Shown in pieces: positions 41,036 through 49,853 of a stretch of DNA of 64,000 nucleotides (position 1 is its first letter; the number at the start of each line of letters is the position of its first letter). Location of the stretch: positions 128,001 through 192,000 of the forward strand of contig CAWDYC010000008.1 in the NCBI GenBank assembly GCA_963806535.1. Direction: 5' to 3'. The notes under the pieces were generated by a model. The model was not told where the DNA came from and ran no database searches. It saw only the letters and a program-made list of their open reading frames with translations. The stretch comes from Candidatus Bathyarchaeota archaeon (GTDB taxonomy: Archaea > Thermoproteota > Bathyarchaeia > Bathyarchaeales > Bathycorpusculaceae). The position numbers were made by a program, and so were the translations under genes.

Positions 41036-41658
41036 TCATTGATTAGATGGCTGAGGTTGCGTTTCGTGTAGAATTTTGTAGCCAACGGTAATTATCCAGA
41101 CTGCTCCGGCGAGACCCGAGATGATTTCTGGAATAGCTACGTTCGAGGCATAATGAATTATGAAAATAGAGAACCCATGGAGTGGCAGCGGCTATAGCAA
41201 CAAGTATCGTGAACATTGCCATCTTTGTTTGATGTTTAACTGCAAAAGCGCCTGTAAAAATCAGTAGAGAAATTGGCAGAAACACAAAGAAAGCAACAGA
41301 AACCAAGTAATGCGTCGGAGAAAAATTTTCATTAAATATTCCTATACAGATTAACGCTATTGTAGCTATTGCAAAGACGCCTGCGCCAATTTTACCAAGC
41401 AAATTTCCCTTAAAATATGAATACATGCCAAATATTGCAAAGTTAAAGGCAAGAAGCCCACAAGCGACCAATCCGAAATTGAAAATTATCCCTGTAACAC
41501 CTGGTATGACTCCTAAGTCGCTTAGGGCATTATTTGTCCAGCTGAAACTGGGAATAGGTTGCGATGGCTATTATGATGCAGATGAATGCGAAGATGGGTG
41601 CTACTACTCCGCTTGCCGCTCCAATTCTTTGCAAACTGTTGGCTCCAGAGTCAGACAA
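41036..41658 (-). CDS. DUF998 membrane protein, interrupted by two 1-nt frameshifts (~41553, ~41165)
   Basis: FSWTNNALSDLG motif, GIFNE...HYLVS and AIPEII recovered by joining frames. Confidence 0.8.
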
Positions 41659-41697
41659 ACCTTGATTCCTCAACAATCTTTATGGGTTTAACTTGTT

Positions 41698-42835
41698 TTA
41701 AGAGTTTGCATCCTCTGGAACAAACCGTCTCAGATTCTGAAGCGAATGCAGTTTCTCTTTCTCGCCGATTTTCGCTTGCTGCACTGATTCTTTGAGGATT
41801 TGGATTGATTCATCCATTGCTTTGCGGTCAACTGGATATGGAACCCCGTCTTTGCCGCCGAATGCAAAACTGAATTTCACTGGGTCTTCCCAACTTGGCT
41901 TTTCACCATAAACCAACTCTGCTACAAGAGCTAAACCTCGAACTGTGGCTGGTCCAACTCCTTTCACGCTTAAGAGTTCCTCGTAGTTGCTGGGTTGAAA
42001 CTCGTAGACTCGGCTCAGCGTATCCCAATTGATGTTTCTGGGCATGTTTAGCGTATTGAGGGTTTGCTGCCATGGGTCATCTGTTTTTGGTAGCCAATTT
42101 TGCAGCGAGGCTTGGTTGAGTGGTTTTGCTGTGGATTGAATGAGATTCATGAGTTTGCGTGTGGGTTCCTTGGCAAGGTCAACGGACGCTTTTCTTGCGG
42201 CTTCGCTGTCTTTTGCCACCATGTTTAGGGCTGTTTCACGTTTTGTGTCTCCGACTATAGCGTTGTGGGGTTCAACAACAAAATCAGCTACGTTATCTGA
42301 TAGCCAATGGTAACGTCTTGCCGAGCGGTCTTGCTCGCTCATGCCCTGCTGAATAACCGCCCACTCCTCATCTCTTAGTTACTAAGAAGGCGTGATGATA
42401 CAGTTGGTATCCCGCTTGAATTGCAGCGTTGTCAACTTTTGCAGCCATCTTGCTGTTGTAAGTTAGGGTTTGGATTGTTTCTTCTGAGAAACCAAACTTT
42501 TCACCTGCCAATGCGATGTCGCTTGGTGTTTTCTTTGAGGTTTTGCCTTTTCCTCCGCAGACAGCGATGCCGTGCTCTTCCGGCGATATAGCGCCTTTGA
42601 GGATGCCTGTGACTACGGTGGTTACTCCGCTGCTGTGCCAGTCGTAGGCTAAAACGCAGCCGAAAGCTTGAAACCAAAACGGATCCGACAAACGTTGAAT
42701 AAAAGCGGCTGCACCATACTCCTCAATCATAATGTCCGCTATTTCTTTGGCCAGTTTACGCATGCGCACAGTAAGCCATGAAGGTGCTTTTCCGCCGTGA
42801 AGAGGTAGGTTTGCAACGCCAGTTCTAAACATCAT
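41698..42835 (-). CDS. DUF763 protein, split by a 1-nt frameshift near 42373
   Basis: LPLHGGKAP, WHSSGVTT, YHHAF / WAVIQQGM, ARRYHW, FAFGGKDGVPYPV. Confidence 0.88.
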
Positions 42836-42920
42836 ATATTCACTTGTGATGGACAGCTTCTGATATATTGATTTTTCTTATTGGCACAGTAGCTATTTAG
42901 GTATTTTTGCTTCGGACAGC

Positions 42921-43060
42921 GCAATTTTGTTGTTTGTGTTTTGGGTTGCTTTCTTGGTTTAGGGTTTGTTTTGTTTGCAGGTTGCGTCTTTAAATGTAGG
43001 AAAATGTAGAAATCTGTGAGAATCTGAGAAATGTAGAAAAATGTAAGAAAAAGGAAGAAG
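42921..43060 (+). repeat. dispersed leader + decamer-array element, copy B
   Basis: Leader 42921-42987 (59/67 vs copy C by hand), then ~GTAGRAAAAT units. Confidence 0.85.
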
Positions 43061-43114
43061 TTGGCGTAAACTTTCAAGAAGTGAAGCTTAGGCATCTCTA
43101 CTGCATTTTCTTAC

Positions 43115-43260
43115 GCAAATTTGTTCTTTGTGTTTTGGATTGTTTTCTTGGTTTGGGGTTTGTGGTGTTTGCAGGATGCGTCACTATAAGTCACTAGAAG
43201 TCATAGGAAGTCACCAAAAGTCACTACGCGTCATAAAAAGTCACAGAAAGTCACAAAAAG
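43115..43260 (+). repeat. dispersed leader + decamer-array element, copy C
   Basis: Leader 43115-43181, then 8 units of GTCAY-N3-AA type (43180-43259). Confidence 0.9.
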
Positions 43261-43310
43261 ACCCTGCCCAGCTCTTAAATCTTGAAAACCTCCACAGCAC
43301 CTAACAAAAA

Positions 43311-43450
43311 TTATTTTGAATCCCAATCAGATTCGCCCCAATACAAATCCTGCAGTTCAACAGCGCTAAGCTGCTTACCCGCGCCCACCTTAAGTTCCGT
43401 ACCACAGTCAGGACACTGAATAGTTTCGCCAGGCAACGGAAACGGAAACA
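43311..43450 (-). pseudogene. LysW-like carrier protein C-terminal fragment
   Basis: PGETIQCPDCGTELKV...DLYWGE; first CxxC missing. Confidence 0.5.
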
Positions 43451-43806
43451 CAACGCTGCTGAAGGAATTGGAAGAACTCAAAAAAGACCGATTTAAACAG
43501 CAAGAGTTGACCAAGATACTTGATAAGCTGCAGACTGAGGATGAAAAGAGAAAAATGATTCAAGAAGTCATGGAAAACTTAGGGTTAAAACAATCACAGC
43601 TATAAAACATGAAGATTCAAAAATTGATCTAAATGATGCTGTTGATAAGTTAGCTCAAGTTTATGAGAAGAAAGATTTAGAACGGGTTTTGAAGGAGAAC
43701 AGAAACGGAGATTCTTAATTCTCCATTATTTTCCTTAATTATGACTAACAATAAGTTCAATTTTTAATAAACCTTAAATCCGCATTGCGAAGAAATAGCA
43801 ATAAAC

Positions 43807-44223
43807 ATGGCGGAAAAAAAGGCTCCAGAATCATCAAATCCGAATTACGAAACGATTGGCTATGCAAAACCTATTTTGGTTGTTCTCGCAGTTTTTGTAA
43901 CGCTATCTTTGTTGGCTCTCTATCTTGTGGAGACCGATAGTATTAGCCAAAATGCATTTTATATTTGCTTTGTTGCTTTGTTGATGGGTCTTTCCATAAT
44001 GCATGAGATGATCAACATATTTGTTAGAGTAGCCCGCAAGATTGCAATTTTGTTTATTTCGACAATTCTTATGGTTGCTTTTCTATCTGTGATCTACCTC
44101 ACGTTAGTTTCCTTTTTAGGATTTTGGCAGTACTTTGGATTCGCAGTGTGCTTTGGGATTGCTCCTTACTTTGCGAGGATTTCACTGGCATATTTTGAAT
44201 GGAAAATTAAAAAGCAAAGATAG
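43807..44223 (+). CDS. hypothetical 4-TM membrane protein
   Basis: Hydrophobic 138-aa ORF. Confidence 0.7.
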   Translation: MAEKKAPESSNPNYETIGYAKPILVVLAVFVTLSLLALYLVETDSISQNAFYICFVALLMGLSIMHEMINIFVRVARKIAILFISTILMVAFLSVIYLTLVSFLGFWQYFGFAVCFGIAPYFARISLAYFEWKIKKQR

Positions 44224-44631
44224 TTTCATTATTTCGCTTTATCACTATTAGCACGTGCTGTCCTCCCCCCTTTTATCTATTATCAACTTCGAGTTCTTTC
44301 GAGGAATTGGCTTTTTAATATCTTGAATAAACAACCTGTTACCTGAGGGTTACTGGATATTTAACCCATTAAGACATTTCACCATACTAAACAACATAAC
44401 AAAGAGATTGCTCATGCATGATCAATACCCCTTTCAAGCATCAACCCGTTAACCCCTGAACAACCCCAAACAACCAAACAAAACCCAAAACAAACCCCTT
44501 CGCCCCGATAGGTCAAAATCCGCGCCAACAACACAAAAATCATACCCCATTTTAGATGGTCATAGTGTAAGTATGTTTTCTAAGGAGAACAAAAACTAAA
44601 AGCGATTTGAAATAATACTGTTGACGAGAGC

Positions 44632-45039
44632 ATGAACTTAAAGAAAATCTTTGGGAATCATGACTGGAAACCGAGAGAAGGTTTAGTTTACAAAAGCTGG
44701 ACTAAAGGCGATTCCCATTTCGGAAAAAGTGCAACGGTAAAAATATTTTATGAAGTTGATAACTTCTATAGAGGATACTTGAAACAAAACAACAATTGGT
44801 ATCAAGGAACATTCAGAGTGAAAAATGGACAATGTGAAATAAGATTGAAAAATGACCAAAAGACCTTCAAATTGACCACTTCAATAGATAATGTATCCTT
44901 TAAGAAAAAAATTGAGCACATTAACACTATCGCAAAGTATGGTCAGAACGGTTACGCTGGCACCGAGATTCAATACACCGCCAAAATTATTAATCCACAG
45001 ATTACACAAGTTGAGCAAGTGACCGATGGCAAAAATTAA
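44632..45039 (+). CDS. hypothetical protein
   Basis: 135-aa ORF with ATG start in an accessory region. Confidence 0.65.
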   Translation: MNLKKIFGNHDWKPREGLVYKSWTKGDSHFGKSATVKIFYEVDNFYRGYLKQNNNWYQGTFRVKNGQCEIRLKNDQKTFKLTTSIDNVSFKKKIEHINTIAKYGQNGYAGTEIQYTAKIINPQITQVEQVTDGKN

Positions 45040-45073
45040 ATGCAAAATGCCTTAATCTAAATAAGGCGGTAAA

Positions 45074-45661
45074 GTGGAAAAGCAAGAGACTGGTATATGT
45101 TACGAATGCTCCACCAAGAATATGGATTCATCCAAGAAGCCCGTTTTCCACTGTGTTATATGCCGAAAATGGTTCTGTGAACAGCATTTAAAGCCAAAGT
45201 TCCCATACTTTGTTGATTGGGAAACCCAATTTGATGTGCAAGGAAACCCAGCAGTTAAGGCAATGTTTTACTCGGAATATGGAAGACAAGATGGACACAC
45301 AGACTTTGTTTATTTACGGTGGAAAATTGAAAAGATGGAAGTTGAAAACAAGTTACAGGACAAAATAATTCAGGAAAAAATTGATAATATGGTTGAGTTT
45401 GGCTCAAATAGAAGTTCTTTAGAAATTCTAATTTCAAGCAAGAAAAAGAAGAACTACAAAAACGCGTGGGGAAATAAGTTCTCTGTGCCAAAAGAGGTTT
45501 ATTCAAACAAAATTTATCGGGAAAAATTAGATGGTGCCAATTCTTCAAGTCAAGTAAATGAGATTCTGTATGATTACTATTTTCAAGACAAATCGTTACT
45601 CTTAACCGAAAAGAAGCTGAAGCAAGCTGAAGAAAAACAAAAGAAACATTGGTGGCAATAG
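45074..45661 (+). CDS. AN1-like zinc-finger protein
   Basis: CYEC...CVICRKWFCEQH. Confidence 0.7.
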   Translation: MEKQETGICYECSTKNMDSSKKPVFHCVICRKWFCEQHLKPKFPYFVDWETQFDVQGNPAVKAMFYSEYGRQDGHTDFVYLRWKIEKMEVENKLQDKIIQEKIDNMVEFGSNRSSLEILISSKKKKNYKNAWGNKFSVPKEVYSNKIYREKLDGANSSSQVNEILYDYYFQDKSLLLTEKKLKQAEEKQKKHWWQ

Positions 45662-46357
45662 TCAAGTATTATGGGTTCGTTAAGCAAAGAAGAAAAGTAA
45701 TCAAAAGACACTTCTAACTTGACAATGCAAAAAAGACGTTATAAGTTTCTCAAAAGCCTTAAAAGTAAATGGCATAAAATAGCGTTAACATGGCACTTCT
45801 AACAATTGACTTGAATGCCTTTTTCTAGGAGCAGTTTTGAATTGTGTAGTCGATAGCTTTATTTTTGCAACATTGAAGATAAAAAAATTCACATTAATGC
45901 TTACGATAATCTTCACTTTCGCAATTCCTACATTTTCGATAATCTTTTATGTTCAATCAAATCCTGACTTTAATCAGACAATCCCAGCTTTCACTAACTA
46001 CGTGTTTGCCTATTTATACAATTTAGTAGCTTCGTTATTTCTTTTCCGTTTTCATATATAATTAGTGCGATCTTTTACTTGGCAAGTGGTGGACGCACCG
46101 AAACGCCAGAGTTTTGAACCAAAAGCGAATGATGCAAAAACTTAAAAATAAACATCCACTAAATAATGCTTGGTGTAGTTTGTGCCAGAAAGAAGAAAGA
46201 GAACATACACCTTTAGGAAAGACCAATTGGTTCCTTATGAATCTGGAAGCTTTATGCATGAAGAAGTAAAGTCTCAAAGGCAAGCTGTAAGAAATTTTGA
46301 AGAATTTAGTCAACCGAGAAAGCGTAGAAGACAATCGCTTTTCTAAGTGATAAAAGT

Positions 46358-46699
46358 TTGGCAAGACGCAAAAGTTCAAGCAATAATGATCCGTTTGGTT
46401 TTGTTAGCTTTGACTTTGGTTTAGATAGTTTCTCTAAGCGTCAAACTTTGGCAAATAACCGCATGAAAGGAAGAATGGCAGAAGACAGCTTCCATTTAGA
46501 ACAGAATTTACGAGGAAATGATTGCCGAAAGATTCACAAAGGCGGAGATTTTGTGGTTCAAAAAAGAGATATCTTTGGCAACAATGTAGGTAAGCCCACC
46601 GTTCATGAAATAAAAACAGGAAACGCTAAGCTTTCAGAAGCCCAAAGAAGAAACAAAGCAAAATTAGGAAACAGAGGCTACAAAGTCGAAAGATACTGA
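46358..46699 (+). CDS. small PD-(D/E)XK-fold nuclease-like protein
   Basis: GRMAE...GDFVV...HEIKTG..LSEAQ. Confidence 0.7.
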   Translation: MARRKSSSNNDPFGFVSFDFGLDSFSKRQTLANNRMKGRMAEDSFHLEQNLRGNDCRKIHKGGDFVVQKRDIFGNNVGKPTVHEIKTGNAKLSEAQRRNKAKLGNRGYKVERY

Positions 46700-46782
46700 G
46701 ACATCAGTACACTCTTGTTTATTGACTTTGAATAATCGAGAGTTTGAAGTTTTGTTTCACTTTGAGAGAGCACAATGAGAGT

Positions 46783-47211
46783 CTAAAGGTCTTTCTTTTC
46801 ATGCAAATCTAATCCGCGTTCTAAAAGACTGAAGAAACCTGCGACTGCAAAGTTTGTTTGAATGGCTGAGAATGAGATGTCTCCAATGTAGATGTCAATA
46901 TTTGAAACTTTGATTGTATGAGAACCTAAACCATATTGTGCGAGGTCTGCGAAAGCTAAAATGAAAGAAATTAAGCTGATACCGAAGAAAAGAAGACGCG
47001 CCTTATGAGTTGTTTTCTTAATAGTTTCTTCACTAAACCACAAAAACAGTGGAATAATTATCAAGCAAGTAGTACAAAATCCCCCAGTAACCACTTTAAG
47101 AGAAGGGGTAATTGTTGAATAAAGGATAAAAAGATATGCGCTTGGAAATGATCCTGCTATCGCACCAGCTAATATCAATCTCGCACGACTACCTAACTTC
47201 AGCTTTTTCAT
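46783..47211 (-). CDS. hypothetical membrane protein
   Basis: 3-4 hydrophobic segments. Confidence 0.6.
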   Translation of the reverse strand: MKKLKLGSRARLILAGAIAGSFPSAYLFILYSTITPSLKVVTGGFCTTCLIIIPLFLWFSEETIKKTTHKARLLFFGISLISFILAFADLAQYGLGSHTIKVSNIDIYIGDISFSAIQTNFAVAGFFSLLERGLDLHEKKDL

Positions 47212-47473
47212 CTCAGTACTATTGATTCTTCAGAGAATTTCAATTTTTCTTAACCAAATTTGCTTTCTTTTGTATCTGTGTTTCTTTGAACATTACTCGC
47301 TGCCCCAATTAGCAACCGATTTTACTGTCTGAATTGAGCATCCACCTGCAAACTGATTACGACTGCATTCATACGGACAATTTATATTACACCACTCTTC
47401 GAGGTTTCAAAAGTTGAGAAAATCCTATTTTGTTTTCCTTCAGATTCCATTTATAATCGACCATAACAATTGT

Positions 47474-47603
47474 GCCGAATTTTTTTTAAAATTGTTTTGG
47501 GCTTCTTTTTTAATTTAGGGCGTGATTCGTTTGTAAGCTGCGTATACTGAAGTACACCAAAGTACAAGGAAGTACACCGAAGAACCAGCATCGTACAATG
47601 AAG
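47474..47603 (+). repeat. dispersed leader + decamer-array element, copy D (more diverged)
   Basis: TGTTTTGGGC..TTTAGGG..GTTTGTAAGCTGCGT leader, then GTATACTGAA GTACACCAAA GTACAAGGAA GTACACCGAA. Confidence 0.75.
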
Positions 47604-47761
47604 GAAAAAGGATTGTATGATCTGACATCCTCGGGCCTCTCAATTGAAGACATCACCTATCAAATAATTCCTATCTCCGAAACTATTGCCATTAGCAGTT
47701 TTGCATTTTCAAGATACATCAAAAATGCGTCATCGTTACCCAAAGTTTAAGCTGCTTTTTG

Positions 47762-48082
47762 TTACCAACCGTGATGGATTGTTGAAGCTGTAGTTGGATG
47801 CTTGTTTGTCTTAACCTTCTTTTGGGGCTTGAACCTGTTGATTTTGACCACGTTATTCTTCACATTAACCCAATGCGTGCCGTTTAGATTCTTACGATAA
47901 ACAAATTTGGTCACCATTCGAGCCAATGCATAAGTCGAAACATCATCCATATTCAGTGCCAAGCCTCCATGGATCTTTGACGAGTTTAATTTGAATTGGC
48001 TATTCAAGAAACGTGCAAGATTTTCTATTTCATCGTCTAAATCGCCTATATCAACTTTTACATCGATCGGCAAGTCTTTCAC
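47762..48082 (-). CDS. hypothetical protein, possibly eL22-like
   Basis: LARFL...STYALARMVTKFVYRKNL resembles the eL22 pattern SKRYLKYLTKKYLKK; by-eye similarity only. Confidence 0.5.
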   Translation of the reverse strand: MKDLPIDVKVDIGDLDDEIENLARFLNSQFKLNSSKIHGGLALNMDDVSTYALARMVTKFVYRKNLNGTHWVNVKNNVVKINRFKPQKKVKTNKHPTTASTIHHGW

Positions 48083-48162
48083 TCTATATGCAGGATAGGT
48101 ATTGTTCTTTCTTTTAAAACCTACTTAACTTAACGCCAAATGTCGGCCCACGCAATGCTAAG

Positions 48163-49134
48163 TTATGGTAACTCTACGGTTCCTGCAATCCTAAGTTTTG
48201 CGCCTTCTAAATACATAAGCACCGCTTTATCGTTGGGTCGATAGATTAGCGGTTTATCCAACGTCAACGTTAGCGCCGGCTTTTTCAGATCGCCGCCTTC
48301 AACAACAGCCTCAACTTTAGCTGTTACGAATTGTGTCCAATGGCCAACGTGCATTACCATACCCATTTTGATCGGCATCTGCCAATACTTTACAAGAGCA
48401 GCGTGCGTTTCCAACTTAGATGAAGCCTTCATTGAGGAATCATTTGTTAAAACCGTGCCACGATCCAAATCTTCAACTTCAATGTTTTTTAGTGCAAGCC
48501 CAACGCGGTCGCCTTCACTTGCAACGTCAAATTCATCATCATGCTTTTGGATCGAACGAACTTGTGCTGTCTTTGATCCAGGAAGAACATTAAGTGTTGA
48601 ATGTTTTTGAACAAATCCACTTGTTACCACGCCCAATACAACTACACCTACACCTTTTACATTAAAAGCATGGTCCACTGGAACTGTTCCAATTGCCTGT
48701 TGCCCAGGTGGTATTTCGGCTGGTTTTTGTTTTGCTGCTTCCGCTAAAAGTTTTTCTCTTAAAACCGTTGCGTCATCTGATAGGAATTCGAAATTTTCTA
48801 GGCTTGTGCCTTTGAGTAGAGGCTGGATTTTTTCTTTAGGAATATAATTTCTTAAAACGAAGTAGCCTTTTTTTACGTCGGCGCATTGGAGCATTACGAG
48901 GCATTCGCCAAAAGTTGCATCGATTTGATCTACTATAACTATAGCCGTTTTTGATAGGGAAACAGCGTAGAAAAGCGGCGCTAATCGTTCGGGGTATCGT
49001 TCTGGTTCAATTAGAGTTACCGTATCTTCGCCTTTTTTGATGTTGTAGAATGTTATGTCGGTTGAGGTGCCTTTTTTTCCAAGACTTGCGCTGTAACCTA
49101 AAGCGCCTAAAACAGCGACTGTGATGTTTCCCAT
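48163..49134 (-). CDS. archaeal SelB-like/EF-Tu-like protein with degenerate G domain
   Basis: GKKGTSTDIT, VDHAFNVKGVG, VRSIQKHD, GDRVGLALK; no canonical P-loop. Confidence 0.85.
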   Translation of the reverse strand: MGNITVAVLGALGYSASLGKKGTSTDITFYNIKKGEDTVTLIEPERYPERLAPLFYAVSLSKTAIVIVDQIDATFGECLVMLQCADVKKGYFVLRNYIPKEKIQPLLKGTSLENFEFLSDDATVLREKLLAEAAKQKPAEIPPGQQAIGTVPVDHAFNVKGVGVVVLGVVTSGFVQKHSTLNVLPGSKTAQVRSIQKHDDEFDVASEGDRVGLALKNIEVEDLDRGTVLTNDSSMKASSKLETHAALVKYWQMPIKMGMVMHVGHWTQFVTAKVEAVVEGGDLKKPALTLTLDKPLIYRPNDKAVLMYLEGAKLRIAGTVELP

Positions 49135-49386
49135 ATTATCAACCTTTGAATTACCGCATTTTCTTACCTCGCCTTAAAGATAAGCATTATGAAAACGTTG
49201 CCGAGTTTTCCGATAGAAACATTGTGGTGATTAACTGCATGTACGAAAGGTTCTTAAGGTATTGGGTATTTCTCCTAACGGAAATAGCAGTTAAAATTCA
49301 CAGTAAAACACAAGATAGCAACCACTTGTTGGAGCTATCTGTGTGAACTGAAAAGTTAAAATAGTCGGATGAAGAGGTGAAAAAGT

Positions 49387-49707
49387 ATGGAAAACATTTA
49401 CGCAGCGATGCTCCTTCACAAGGCAGGTAAAGAAATAAACGAAGATTCAGTAACAAAAGTTCTCACAGCAGCAGGTCTCACCGTTGACCCTATACAAGTA
49501 AAAGCACTCGTAGCATCCCTCAGCGAAGTAAACATTGATGAAGCAATCAAAGCAGCACCAACAATGATGGCAGCCGCTCCAGTAGCAGCACCAGCAGGCG
49601 CAGCAGCACCAACCGCAGCTCCTCCAGAAGACAAGAAGAAGAAAGCTGAAGAAGAAAAAGCCAAGGAAGAAGCAGCACTAGAAGGATTAGGCGCCCTATT
49701 CGGGTAA
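49387..49707 (+). CDS. rpl12p: 50S ribosomal stalk protein aP1 (L12p)
   Basis: IYAAMLLH, Ala/Pro hinge, C-terminal GLGALFG. Confidence 0.97.
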   Translation: MENIYAAMLLHKAGKEINEDSVTKVLTAAGLTVDPIQVKALVASLSEVNIDEAIKAAPTMMAAAPVAAPAGAAAPTAAPPEDKKKKAEEEKAKEEAALEGLGALFG

Positions 49708-49853
49708 ATAAGCCTCAATTTATTTTTAACCAATTTTTCCCAAAATATTTTATTTATTTAGTTTTATATTCGACGTTGCGATTTTATGAAAATAAGCCTA
49801 AAAATCATTCATTATGAAGATTGAAACCCAAAGTCAAAAACAAATAAACTCGA

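Noticed and set aside
43180-43260. Tandem array as a CRISPR array
   Set aside because: 10-bp period, no unique spacers and no cas genes in the window
47338-47353. CCTGCAAAC as an inverted fifth leader copy
   Set aside because: Only about 9 bp match the leader end; no rest of the leader and no array
48163-49134. selB as evidence for selenocysteine decoding
   Set aside because: Degenerate G domain, no C-terminal SelB extension and no other Sec genes in the window
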